Of a stretch of DNA of 19,594 nt, positions 7,624 to 16,331 are shown in pieces. This stretch comes from a virus. How positions within the stretch are numbered: position 1 is the stretch's first letter; each line of letters begins with the position of its first letter. Under the pieces are notes generated by a model that was not told where the DNA came from, ran no database searches, and saw only the letters and a program-made list of their open reading frames with translations. A program made the position numbers and the translations under genes. The stretch is taken from UHGV virus genome UHGV-0143126; one strand, given 5' to 3'.

Positions 7624-7914
7624 ATGGAAGGAAATGATTACGACAAACTTCGTGCATTAATTGCGCAAAATGCCATAGCGCGAAATCTTGGTGTGACGCC
7701 GCAAGCGGTGAATCAGTGGTTTTCAAAAAGCACAATTCCTGCTCGTTTCGTTTTACGAGTATGTGAAGTAGTTGCATGGAAGGTTACGCCTCATGGCTTA
7801 AGGCCAGATCTTTATCCTCACCCTGAAGATGGAATTCCTAACTTGTTACGCAAAAGCCTAAATCCAAGTTCACCACACAGAGCGGATGGAATACACGCAG
7901 GAGATAAACAATGA
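7624..7914 (+). CDS. Cro-like repressor of the YdaS/Cro type, 96 aa
   Basis: ...AIARNLGVTPQAVNQWFSKSTIPARFVLRVCEV... resembles Rac YdaS as recalled; divergent from cI; stop overlaps the next start (ATGA). Confidence 0.65.
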   Translation: MEGNDYDKLRALIAQNAIARNLGVTPQAVNQWFSKSTIPARFVLRVCEVVAWKVTPHGLRPDLYPHPEDGIPNLLRKSLNPSSPHRADGIHAGDKQ

Positions 7915-8618
7915 ACACCGCAATTTTTAACGGCAAAGCATCCATGACCAGCGTTGAGATCGCAGAGCTGGTGGGAAGCCGACCAGATAGTGTTAAGAGA
8001 ACTATTGAAACACTGGCTAAAAAGGGAATCATCCAATTTCCACAGACTGTGGAAATTGAGAATAAACAATCACTTGGGCCTCGCCGATTTTCTAGCGCGT
8101 ATGTATTCGAAGGTGAACGAGGTAAGCGCGACAGCATCATTGTCGTCGCACAGCTCTGTCCTGAATTCACAGCTCGCCTGGTAGATCGCTGGCGCGAACT
8201 GGAAGAACAGATCCGTAAGCCAATGAGCGAAATCGAAATGGTTGCCGCGATGGCTCTTGAAGCCGTTCGCCAACAGAAACGGATCACTCAGGTGGAAGAA
8301 AAAGTCAGCCACGTTGCTGAAACAGTCGAGCAAATTAAAAAGGGCACTATTCGTGAGGGCTATGCCGGATATCGCCAACTGAAAGCAAAAACCGGTTTGT
8401 CAGATGATAAATGCCGCAATCTGGTGAACGCCTATCAGATTCCTACAGACACCCATGAGTTCATGACGCCGGACGGATTGTTGTCACGTCGCGCAATTGT
8501 TGCTGTGGAACCGTTTATGGCTACTTTTTATCGGGTTATGGAGGAAGCAGAACCGCGAGGGACTCGCTGGTATCACCCGAAAATGGGGTTATTTCAGGTT
8601 ATTGGTTGGCAGCGGTGA
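7911..8618 (+). CDS. Rha-family phage regulatory protein (antirepressor-like N-terminal domain), 235 aa
   Basis: N-terminal ...SMTSVEIAELVGSRPDSVKRTIETLAKKGII... typical of the phage Rha domain; GGAGA RBS. Confidence 0.6.
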   Translation: MNTAIFNGKASMTSVEIAELVGSRPDSVKRTIETLAKKGIIQFPQTVEIENKQSLGPRRFSSAYVFEGERGKRDSIIVVAQLCPEFTARLVDRWRELEEQIRKPMSEIEMVAAMALEAVRQQKRITQVEEKVSHVAETVEQIKKGTIREGYAGYRQLKAKTGLSDDKCRNLVNAYQIPTDTHEFMTPDGLLSRRAIVAVEPFMATFYRVMEEAEPRGTRWYHPKMGLFQVIGWQR

Positions 8619-8642
8619 AAAAAAAGCCGGGAGTAACCCGGC
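8618..8642 (-). terminator. Strong intrinsic terminator oriented for leftward (minus-strand) transcription
   Basis: Hairpin GCCGGG-AGUAA-CCCGGC (8626-8642) followed on the minus strand by U8 (A8 at 8618-8625 on plus). No U-run on the plus side. Confidence 0.55.
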
Positions 8643-8841
8643 TCACTCAACATCAATAACGGGGAGCTGTTTCGCATAAAACGGTTCCGAAACATCCAAG
8701 AACAGTTCTAAAGATATCAGCAGCTATATGATCATTTCAAGACCAAATATTGATTCTGCAATTTCGGGACGTTACACTGTCTCCGCACCTTATAAAGCGG
8801 GTGCCGGGGGTCGCAGCCCGGAATTGCATACGGCGATATAC

Positions 8842-8861
8842 GACGCGCCAGCGTCTTTTTT
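8842..8861 (+). terminator. Weak terminator-like element (5-bp stem GACGC/GCGTC then TTTTTTA)
   Basis: Short stem, 4-nt loop, T6 run. Could be an attenuator ahead of the replication-gene block. Confidence 0.3.
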
Positions 8862-9027
8862 ATCGTCCGCGCTCACGCACGCCAGAATTATGGTGGGCTG
8901 GGCAGGGGAGCCGAAAGGCTCGCCGGTTTCCGTATGCGCCGGTACTGCGAACCCTGTTCAGTCTGCCACCAGTGAGTTTCGCAGCTCCGGTGGTGGAAGT
9001 TATCCATTGCATACGGAGGCTGCCATC

Positions 9028-9390
9028 ATGGCTACAGTCCCAACTTCCCCATACCTGAAAATTGAAGTTGTCAACGGCAAGGCCGTTATTTTCTCCCTGC
9101 ATGTTGCCTGCCACTTCAAGCGCATGCATCAGAATATCGTCGACAAAATCGAGTATCTGAACTGCTCGCGTGAATTCTTCTCCCGTAATTTCATACCGGG
9201 TACTTACCACGTGTATGGCGATTCCCTGCGTGGTTATTACATCACCCTTGATGGCCTGATGATGCTTCAGCTTGGGTTAAGTCTGCGCACAATGCGGTAC
9301 TACGAGAGCTGCATTGAAGCATTCCATGAGGCAGAGAACAGCCTGAATCTTACCGCTTTCTGCTGTAATCAATGGGAGGTTCGCCCATGA
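9028..9390 (+). CDS. Hypothetical protein, 120 aa (start moved to ATG with GGAGG RBS)
   Basis: ORF-track frame 8728..9390; the 5' 300 nt has no RBS and a Ser/Ala/Gly/Pro-rich translation, so ATG 9028 is preferred. Confidence 0.55.
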   Translation: MATVPTSPYLKIEVVNGKAVIFSLHVACHFKRMHQNIVDKIEYLNCSREFFSRNFIPGTYHVYGDSLRGYYITLDGLMMLQLGLSLRTMRYYESCIEAFHEAENSLNLTAFCCNQWEVRP

Positions 9391-9581
9391 TTAGTTACGA
9401 AATCATCATCTCCACTACGGAATACAGAAACGATGTATCAGTTCGCACGGATGTATCTGTCTGGCACCGTCGCTATAAATCCAGAAAAACAGCGGAACTG
9501 AAAGCGGCAGAGATGTGTGAAACCATCTCAATGAAAGGTAGCCCGGTTAAATACGTAACTACGGCGGAGGTGCGTCCATGA
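9387..9581 (+). CDS. Hypothetical protein, 64 aa
   Basis: ATG overlaps the upstream stop (ATGA); part of an overlapping gene chain. Confidence 0.45.
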   Translation: MISYEIIISTTEYRNDVSVRTDVSVWHRRYKSRKTAELKAAEMCETISMKGSPVKYVTTAEVRP

Positions 9582-9802
9582 TCCGCCACATCGTTAATTC
9601 CCTGTATCACCGATACAACCGTTGCCCCCGTGTGGGGCAGTGGTTCGCCACCAGCAACGGTCACGTTCTGCGGGTTTGCCTAGTCAACGCTGAAAGCCAG
9701 AAAGTCGTGTGCGAACTACAGGGGCGTAGCTACACCATCAGTTACCCTCTGGCGGTATTTCTGTCTGGAAAAATGTTTAAGCGTCTGGGAGGTGTGGCGT
9801 GA
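9578..9802 (+). CDS. Hypothetical protein, 74 aa
   Basis: ATGA overlap with the upstream gene. Confidence 0.45.
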   Translation: MIRHIVNSLYHRYNRCPRVGQWFATSNGHVLRVCLVNAESQKVVCELQGRSYTISYPLAVFLSGKMFKRLGGVA

Positions 9803-10098
9803 ACTGTTTTCAGTTTGTGTGCGGATGTGCTTTCGATAACCCGATTCAGCGCCTGATTATGTTGCGTGTTTTGATGTCGGGTTCTTCAGACGGTGAAGGC
9901 GAGAGAGTTATTGATCATCAGGTGCTTGCTGATTTCTGCTGTTGTTCTAAGCAAGCGATATTCAGGGAAACCCTGGCACTGGAAAGAGCTGGTTATCTTC
10001 ATATCCGAAAAATTGCAACGCTTACTATTGATGCAAAAGCCAGACTACAACCTGCGCGTGGCTACACAATTCTCATGCCGCGGAAGGAGGTTGTATGA
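9799..10098 (+). CDS. Hypothetical protein, 99 aa (GTG start uncertain)
   Basis: ORF with a GGAGG nearby; stop overlaps the start of the replication initiator gene. Confidence 0.4.
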   Translation: MNCFQFVCGCAFDNPIQRLIMLRVLMSGSSDGEGERVIDHQVLADFCCCSKQAIFRETLALERAGYLHIRKIATLTIDAKARLQPARGYTILMPRKEVV

Positions 10099-11087
10099 GC
10101 CGTTACGCCCCCACACCGGAAGTTATGGCTATTGGTCAAATTAATATTTCCGGCAATGTTACACCTGCGAACTGGTGGAAATATATTCGACTACCCAGTG
10201 GGCGTCCGGATGCGACGGCTATCGCTCTGCTTTCAGAGATCGTTTACTGGTACCGCCCGACAGAGGTCAGGGATGAGCACACCGGAGCGTTGCTGGGATA
10301 TCGCAAGCGTTTTCAGGGCGACAAACTGCAAAGAAGCTACCAGGCGTTTGCTGAGCAGTTTGGTTTCGGGAAAAGGGAAACCGCAGATGCGCTGAAGCGT
10401 CTGCGCGATGCAGGGTTTATTACTCTGGATTTACGCACGGTGGAAATGCTCGATGGGGTGAAATGCAGCAATATTTTGTTTGTCGGAATCAACCCACAGG
10501 CAATTGCGGCCATCACCACACCTTCTTCTGTTTCGCCAGAAAGTAACAGCAATAATGCAATCAGCGATACAGCTATTACGTTAAAACGGAACACCCCCCG
10601 ACGTCATAACGGAACAGGGGATACGCCGAATGTTGATACAAATACAGAGATTACTACAGAGATTACAACGGAGACTAAAAACACTATTGATGCATCCGCT
10701 GACGCGTCTGCGCCAGCGCGTTCTGCCCGACAGGAATATTCACCGGAATTTGAACAGGCCTGGCAGGAATATCCCAAACGTGCTGGTGGCAATTCCAAGT
10801 CAGCAGCCTTCAAAGCCTGGAAAGCCCGTATCAGGGAGGGAATAAAACCGGAGACCATGCTTGATGGCGTGAAGCGGTATGCCGCCTGGGTACGTGCTAC
10901 AGGAAATACCGGCACACAGTTCGTGAAGCAGGCTGCGACGTTCTTTGGACCCGATCGTCACTTCGAAGATTACTGGCAACAGCCAGCCGCTCACGGAGGT
11001 GGGCGACAGCGACAGGTCGATGTCCTGGCTGGCCTGGGAGCCATGTCTGACAAATACGGTAAATCCAGTAACAAATTGACATTCTGA
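10095..11087 (+). CDS. Putative replication initiator / replisome organizer, 330 aa, with low-complexity linker
   Basis: Sits directly upstream of the DnaC-like and DnaB-like genes; GGAGG RBS; internal Thr/Glu/Ile repeat linker encoded by tandem DNA repeats. Confidence 0.55.
   Translation: MSRYAPTPEVMAIGQINISGNVTPANWWKYIRLPSGRPDATAIALLSEIVYWYRPTEVRDEHTGALLGYRKRFQGDKLQRSYQAFAEQFGFGKRETADALKRLRDAGFITLDLRTVEMLDGVKCSNILFVGINPQAIAAITTPSSVSPESNSNNAISDTAITLKRNTPRRHNGTGDTPNVDTNTEITTEITTETKNTIDASADASAPARSARQEYSPEFEQAWQEYPKRAGGNSKSAAFKAWKARIREGIKPETMLDGVKRYAAWVRATGNTGTQFVKQAATFFGPDRHFEDYWQQPAAHGGGRQRQVDVLAGLGAMSDKYGKSSNKLTF
10645..10680. repeat. Tandem ~12-bp repeats (acagagattact / acagagattaca / acggagactaaa) inside the initiator gene
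   Basis: Direct reading of the sequence; preceded by an AT-richer stretch at 10535-10600. Confidence 0.5.
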
Positions 11088-11097
11088 GGTGACAGCG

Positions 11098-11976
11098 ATG
11101 ATGACGATTGACCAACGTGAGAAACAAACAAGACTACAGGCACGAATGGATGAGTTACGGGCAGAGATTGCATTTGCTCAGAATGGCGAAAAGCCATGGC
11201 CTTACCGTGCCTGTCGGGAATCTGAAGGAGTTGGATGCTGCGAAAAACACGGTAAATATCGTACGCATATACTGGTGTGGGATGATCGGCAGGGAGGCGC
11301 TGCCTCAAAAATTTCCCGCTGTCCGGAGTGTCTGGTGGATGAAATGGATGTGACACATCGGACTCTGGTTGCAATGAAAGCTGATGTGCTGATTGAGAAT
11401 GCTGGTGTTGCCTGTAGGTTTCGCGACTGTGAGTTTGAAAACTATCAGGAGATTAACTCTGATGCAGCCAGAAATCTTGCTGCCTGCCGCCGCTATGCGG
11501 AGAGCTGGGAGGATGTTCTGGCTAACGGTACCAGTCTTGTTCTGACAGGCAGTTGTGGTACTGGAAAAAATCATCTGGCTGTGGCTATGGCAAAACACAT
11601 CATCCGTAACCATCTGGCTAGTGTGGAGATTACTGATGTGATGCGCCTTACCCGTGCTGTGAAAAACTGCTGGCGAAATGACAGCGAAAAAACAGCGGAT
11701 GAAGTTATTGAGCATTATGCGTCAATGGATTTGCTGATCATCGACGAAGTCGGCGTTCAGTTTGGCAGCGCGGCTGAAATGGCTATTTTGCAGGAAATTA
11801 TCAATGCCCGGTACGAAAGCATCCTGCCCACCATCCTGATCAGCAACCTTTCACCGGAAGAGTTGTGGGCATTCATCAGCCCCCGCATTGCCGACAGGAT
11901 CACAGACGGGGGACGCAACTGGTTGTCGTTTAACTGGCCCAGCTATCGTTCTCGTATCAGAGGTGTGGCTGCATGA
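11098..11976 (+). CDS. DnaC/IstB-like AAA+ helicase loader with N-terminal Cys cluster, ~293 aa
   Basis: Walker A-like GSCGTGKNHLA (Asn where Thr/Ser is expected), Walker B LLIIDEVG; N-terminal CxxC-rich segment; GAGGTGA RBS before ATG 11098. Confidence 0.7.
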   Translation: MMTIDQREKQTRLQARMDELRAEIAFAQNGEKPWPYRACRESEGVGCCEKHGKYRTHILVWDDRQGGAASKISRCPECLVDEMDVTHRTLVAMKADVLIENAGVACRFRDCEFENYQEINSDAARNLAACRRYAESWEDVLANGTSLVLTGSCGTGKNHLAVAMAKHIIRNHLASVEITDVMRLTRAVKNCWRNDSEKTADEVIEHYASMDLLIIDEVGVQFGSAAEMAILQEIINARYESILPTILISNLSPEELWAFISPRIADRITDGGRNWLSFNWPSYRSRIRGVAA

Positions 11977-13364
11977 CTTCTCCTGTCTGGCGTAACGATG
12001 ACCTGGAAGGCGCTGTCATTGGCGCGTTTTTTCTGCGAGGGGCAGATCATGAAGTGATGGATATTCTGGCCACACTACCGGCGGACGTTTTTTCTGTACG
12101 AGCGTATCGGGATATCTACACAGGCATCTGCAGACAGGCCCGTGTTTCAGGTGCGATTGATCCTGTGCTGCTGTGCAATGATATGCCGGAACTTGCCCCG
12201 GTGATTACTGATACCGGGCGCAAAACCTGGGTGAAATCGTCACTGGAGCACTATGTTGCAGCGCTGCGGCGCAATGCCGCATTGCGTGATGCAGAAAAAA
12301 CACTGAATGAGGCGCTGCAGAAATTACGTGATGCGCATACCTGTGAAGCAGCTGAAGATGCTCTGAAGGATGCTCAAAACATGATGGCCTCATTGTCGAC
12401 GGAAAAGGGCGTTATTCAGCCGGTACATATTGATGATGTGCTTCCGGAAGTGGTTGAACGTGTTGAATGCCGGAATCAGGGACTGGAGAAATCCAGGACG
12501 TTGATGACCGGTATTGATGAACTGGACGCAAAAACAGGCGGCATGGAGCCCGGCGACCTGGTATTTATTGCGGCTCGTCCGTCAATGGGCAAAACCGAAC
12601 TGGCGCTGGACATCATCGACAAGGTGACTGAGCAGGGGCATGGCGTGCTTCTGTTCACCATGGAGATGGCGAACATCCAGATTGGTGAACGTATGGTGTC
12701 TGCTGCCGGTGGAATGCCGGTATCCCGTCTTAAGTCTGTTGCCCGTTTTGAAGACGAAGACTGGGCACGCTTCTCACAGGGTGTGGGACGAATGACGGGG
12801 CGTAATATCTGGATGGTGGACCAGGCAAACCTGACCATTGATGAGATATGTGCAACCACGAAGCACCACCGGATGAAACATCCGGAAACGGCGCTGGTGG
12901 TGGTCGATTACCTCGGCCTGATTAAAACCCGCAGCACGGGGCGTCACGACCTTGCGGTGGGGGAAATCTCAAAGGGACTTAAAAGCCTGGCAAAATCCGG
13001 CGGTTTTCCGCTGATTGCTCTGAGCCAGCTCTCCCGCGGCGTGGAATCCAGACCCAATAAACGCCCCATGAACTCGGACCTGAAAAACTCCGGGGAAATC
13101 GAGGCGGATGCCGACATCATTCTGATGCTTTACAGGGATGAGGTATACAACCCGGAAACGCAGGCCGGAGGCATAGCAGAAATCAACATCACGAAACAGC
13201 GTAATGGCACGCTCGGGACCATTTACCGGCGTTTTCATAACGGACATTTTCTGCCAGTGGACCAGGAGAGTGCCCGGGTTCTTTCCACACCCATGACGCC
13301 GGGCAATCCGCGCAGATACAGCAATAACCGCATGTCGGGCAGTAAAACGGAGCGTTTATTTTGA
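11973..13364 (+). CDS. DnaB-family replicative helicase, 463 aa
   Basis: Walker A ARPSMGKTELALD, Walker B VVVDYLGL, and ...LSQLSRGVESRPNKRPMNSDLKNSGEIEADADIILMLYRDEVYN...; ATGA overlap with the loader gene. Confidence 0.85.
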   Translation: MTSPVWRNDDLEGAVIGAFFLRGADHEVMDILATLPADVFSVRAYRDIYTGICRQARVSGAIDPVLLCNDMPELAPVITDTGRKTWVKSSLEHYVAALRRNAALRDAEKTLNEALQKLRDAHTCEAAEDALKDAQNMMASLSTEKGVIQPVHIDDVLPEVVERVECRNQGLEKSRTLMTGIDELDAKTGGMEPGDLVFIAARPSMGKTELALDIIDKVTEQGHGVLLFTMEMANIQIGERMVSAAGGMPVSRLKSVARFEDEDWARFSQGVGRMTGRNIWMVDQANLTIDEICATTKHHRMKHPETALVVVDYLGLIKTRSTGRHDLAVGEISKGLKSLAKSGGFPLIALSQLSRGVESRPNKRPMNSDLKNSGEIEADADIILMLYRDEVYNPETQAGGIAEINITKQRNGTLGTIYRRFHNGHFLPVDQESARVLSTPMTPGNPRRYSNNRMSGSKTERLF

Positions 13365-13618
13365 ATAACAGAACAACCACTGTTTCACCGGAACAACTTC
13401 GTCGGCAGGCGCAGGAGATGCTTCGTTGTGCTGAACAGATGGAAAAAACGAGCGTGGCAAAGGATACGCTCCGCAAGCAGCTTACTCCGGCGCTGCGTGA
13501 TCTGCTGCTGGCAAAACACCGCACACAAAAGGCGGTGGATGAGCTGGTGGATTGCGTGGCGGAACTGGAAGGCCAGGTAAGCCAGTTTGAAATACTGGTG
13601 AAGGAGTTTACTGCGTGA
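13361..13618 (+). CDS. Hypothetical protein, 85 aa (TTG start overlapping the helicase stop; ATG at 13418 is an alternative)
   Basis: ORF track; start uncertain. Confidence 0.4.
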   Translation: MNNRTTTVSPEQLRRQAQEMLRCAEQMEKTSVAKDTLRKQLTPALRDLLLAKHRTQKAVDELVDCVAELEGQVSQFEILVKEFTA

Positions 13619-13663
13619 TGGCTGAATTTTTTCTTCTGCGTTCATGCAATACCGTTCGCTGAG

Positions 13664-14659
13664 GTGACCGTGAGAGCACTACTGACCCCTGAAATTGCCC
13701 CGCGTATGGGGATCGTATTGTTCAGGCCTGGTTCAGAGCTGATGCCCCTGTTTATGCAGGGGCGTGTCCTGCTGGAGCCTGAGCCGGAACGTTATTCATC
13801 TTTCGCCAGTGGTGCCGTTCCGGCGGCATTACAACCGCTGGCGGATGATCCTGCCGTTCGGGCCGTGTTCCGCAATGAGGCAGTGATCCGTCGTGCTGGT
13901 GGCGTGGAATGTCTTGAAAGCTGGTTACTTCGTGAAAAGGGCTGTCAGTGGCCTCATTCCAACTGGCACAGCGAGAACATGACCACAATGCGACACGCTC
14001 CGGGCGCAATCCGTCTGTGCTGGCACTGCGATAACCAGCTGCGTGATCAGTTCACGGAACGGCTGGAATCAATGGCAACGGATAACTGTGCCCGCTGGGT
14101 GTTGTCTGTTGTGCGTCGGGAGCTCGGTTTTGACGACAGTCACGTTGTGACAATGCCTGAACTGTGCTGGTGGCTGATTCGTAATGATCTGGCGGATGCC
14201 TTATCGGAAAGTGCAGCCCGTAAGGCACTGAGATTACCGAAGCCTGTTGTGCCGTCTGTTACCCGGGAAAGTGACCTTGTGCCTTCGGTTACTGCCACCA
14301 GCATCATCCAGGATAAGGCGAAAAAGGTGCTGGCGCTGAAAGTGGATCCGGAGTCGCCGGAGTCTTTTATGTTACGCCCAAAACGTCGCCGCTGGGTTAA
14401 TGAAAAGTACACGCGCTGGGTTAAGACGCAGCCGTGCGCATGTTGCGGAAAGCCTGCTGATGATGCCCACCACCTGATTGGTCATGGTCAGGGTGGAATG
14501 GGTACAAAAGCGCATGACCTTTTTGTGTTGCCTTTGTGCAGAAAACACCATGACGAACTGCATGCGGATACCGTGGCATTTGAAGAGAAGTATGGTTCCC
14601 AACTGGAGCTGATATTTCGTTTTATCGATCGCGCGCTGGCGATTGGTGTGCTGTCCTGA
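13664..14659 (+). CDS. DUF968-like protein with C-terminal HNH-type Cys/His motif, 331 aa (start uncertain)
   Basis: C-terminal ...[43 protein letters not shown]...; occupies the nin-region position between replication genes and Q. Confidence 0.5.
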   Translation: MTVRALLTPEIAPRMGIVLFRPGSELMPLFMQGRVLLEPEPERYSSFASGAVPAALQPLADDPAVRAVFRNEAVIRRAGGVECLESWLLREKGCQWPHSNWHSENMTTMRHAPGAIRLCWHCDNQLRDQFTERLESMATDNCARWVLSVVRRELGFDDSHVVTMPELCWWLIRNDLADALSESAARKALRLPKPVVPSVTRESDLVPSVTATSIIQDKAKKVLALKVDPESPESFMLRPKRRRWVNEKYTRWVKTQPCACCGKPADDAHHLIGHGQGGMGTKAHDLFVLPLCRKHHDELHADTVAFEEKYGSQLELIFRFIDRALAIGVLS

Positions 14660-14676
14660 TTTTGTGGAGAAAGTTG

Positions 14677-15060
14677 ATGCGTGATATTCAGATGGTTCTT
14701 GAACGCTGGGGTGCATGGGCGGCAAATAATCATGAGGATGTGACCTGGTCGTCCATTGCTGCCGGTTTTAAGGGATTAATTCCTTCAAAAGTAAAATCTC
14801 GCCTGCAATGTTGTGACGATGACGCGATGATCATTTGCGGGTGCATGGCCCGTCTGAAAAAGAACAACAGCGATTTACACGATTTATTAGTAGATTATTA
14901 TGTATGTGGTATGACATTCATGTCACTGGCAAGTAAGCATTGCTGCTCGGATGGTTATATCGGGAAAAGGTTACAGAAGGCTGAGGGCATAATTGAAGGG
15001 ATGTTAATGACATTAGATATCCGGTTAGATATGGATATCGTTGCTAATAATTCTAATTGA
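14677..15060 (+). CDS. Q: Late-gene antiterminator Q (QuuD / phage-82-21 type), 127 aa
   Basis: [34 protein letters not shown]... matches QuuD-type Q as recalled; GGAGAAAG RBS before ATG 14677. Confidence 0.75.
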   Translation: MRDIQMVLERWGAWAANNHEDVTWSSIAAGFKGLIPSKVKSRLQCCDDDAMIICGCMARLKKNNSDLHDLLVDYYVCGMTFMSLASKHCCSDGYIGKRLQKAEGIIEGMLMTLDIRLDMDIVANNSN

Positions 15061-15082
15061 TATGCAATTGTTTACTAAAAGT

Positions 15083-15111
15083 TATTAAAAATGGGGCGTG
15101 GAAACGCCCCC
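15083..15111 (-). terminator. Intrinsic terminator for minus-strand transcripts (porin 3' region)
   Basis: Hairpin GGGGCG-UGGAAA-CGCCCC followed on the minus strand by AUUUUUAAU. Confidence 0.5.
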
Positions 15112-15248
15112 AAAATAAAGGGTAATATATAACAGAAGGTTTATATAGTAAGAAGTAAGGTAGTGCTTCTAAAGGAAGTGGCTTGAGGGCTCCACTTATA
15201 TGTTGCGGAGGCAAAGCCTCCCGCAACATATCTTTTTCGTAAGTCAGA
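15086..15248 (-). ncRNA. Candidate IpeX-like small RNA from the porin 3' UTR
   Basis: ~160-nt structured segment between the porin stop (15249) and the minus-strand terminator. Placement is by analogy with my recollection of ipeX next to nmpC in DLP12; not verified. Confidence 0.3.
15197..15238 (+). terminator. Strong plus-strand intrinsic terminator downstream of Q (candidate tR')
   Basis: 14-bp stem with one bulge (ATATGTTGCGGAGG / CCTCCCGCAACATAT), 5-nt loop, then CTTTTTC. Confidence 0.6.
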
Positions 15249-16331
15249 TTAGAACTGATAAACCAGACCTACAGCGGCGATGTCGTCGGTATCAATACCA
15301 GCTGTTTTGGTAAACTTACTATCGTCAATTAAGTTGATTTTGTAATCAACAAAAGTGGACATGTTTTTATTAAAGTAGTAAGTAGCACCGACATCGACAT
15401 ACTTGACTAAGTCTCGGTCACCATGAACACCAAGGTCTTTACCTTTTGACTGAAGGTAAGCAACAGATGGGCGCAGACCGAAGTCAAACTGATATTGTGC
15501 TACTGCTTCAAAGTTTTGTGCTTTGTTTGCAATATGGTTATTACCAAAAACGGTCATATTCTGAGTTTCAGAATATGTGGTAGCCAGATAGATATTGTTC
15601 GCATCATATTTCAGGCCTGCAGCCCATACTTCCGCATTTTTGCCGGAGGCATTGAATTTGCTCTTACCATAGGCGACCTGACCGTCAGTGCGATCTGATT
15701 TAGCATAGGTTGCACCCACGCCGAATCCTTCATACTCATAAGTAGTGGAGAAACCGAAACCATCACCATTGGCTTCAGTTACGTCAGTGCGGTCATTTTT
15801 ACCCTGATACTGAGCAGCAAAGTTCAGGCCATCGACCAGACCAAAGAAGTCGTTGTTACGATAAGTTGCAACACCAGTTGCACGTTGAGTCATGAACACG
15901 TCGGTTTGAGTCCAAGTGTCACCACCGAATTCTGGCAGGACGTCAGTCCACGCACCGATGTCGTATGCTACACCGTAGTTACGGCCGTAATCGATGGAGC
16001 CGTAGTCACCGAATTTCAGGCCAGCGAAGGCAAGACGGGTTTTATCTTTGGAGGAACCTTGAGATTCAGCGCGGTTGCCTTTGAATTCATATTCCCACTG
16101 ACCGAAACCAGTCAGTTGATCGTTGATTTGGGTTTCACCTTTGAAGCCAAGACGGGCATAAGTAGTATCACCATCATCTGCATCATTAGAGGAGAAGTAG
16201 TGCTTAGCATTAACTTTCCCGTACAGATCCAACTTGTTACTGTCTTTATTATAAATTTCAGCTGCCTGAGCAGACATCGCCATCAGTACTGATGCAGCTA
16301 CAGCAGAAATTGCCACTGTTAATTTTTTCAT
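15249..16331 (-). CDS. nmpC: OmpC/NmpC-family outer-membrane porin, intact, 360 aa
   Basis: Signal peptide [23 protein letters not shown], mature start AEIYNKD, porin repeats, C-terminal ...VGLVYQF. Start set at ATG 16331 rather than the upstream in-frame ATG at 16391. Confidence 0.8.
   Translation of the reverse strand: MKKLTVAISAVAASVLMAMSAQAAEIYNKDSNKLDLYGKVNAKHYFSSNDADDGDTTYARLGFKGETQINDQLTGFGQWEYEFKGNRAESQGSSKDKTRLAFAGLKFGDYGSIDYGRNYGVAYDIGAWTDVLPEFGGDTWTQTDVFMTQRATGVATYRNNDFFGLVDGLNFAAQYQGKNDRTDVTEANGDGFGFSTTYEYEGFGVGATYAKSDRTDGQVAYGKSKFNASGKNAEVWAAGLKYDANNIYLATTYSETQNMTVFGNNHIANKAQNFEAVAQYQFDFGLRPSVAYLQSKGKDLGVHGDRDLVKYVDVGATYYFNKNMSTFVDYKINLIDDSKFTKTAGIDTDDIAAVGLVYQF

Noticed and set aside
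8728-9027. 300-nt in-frame N-terminal extension of the 9028..9390 gene (ORF-track 220-aa version)
   Set aside because: No RBS at the 8728 ATG, a Ser/Ala/Gly/Pro-rich junk-like translation, internal terminator-like hairpin, and a strong GGAGG-ATG at 9028. Treated as structured non-coding sequence.
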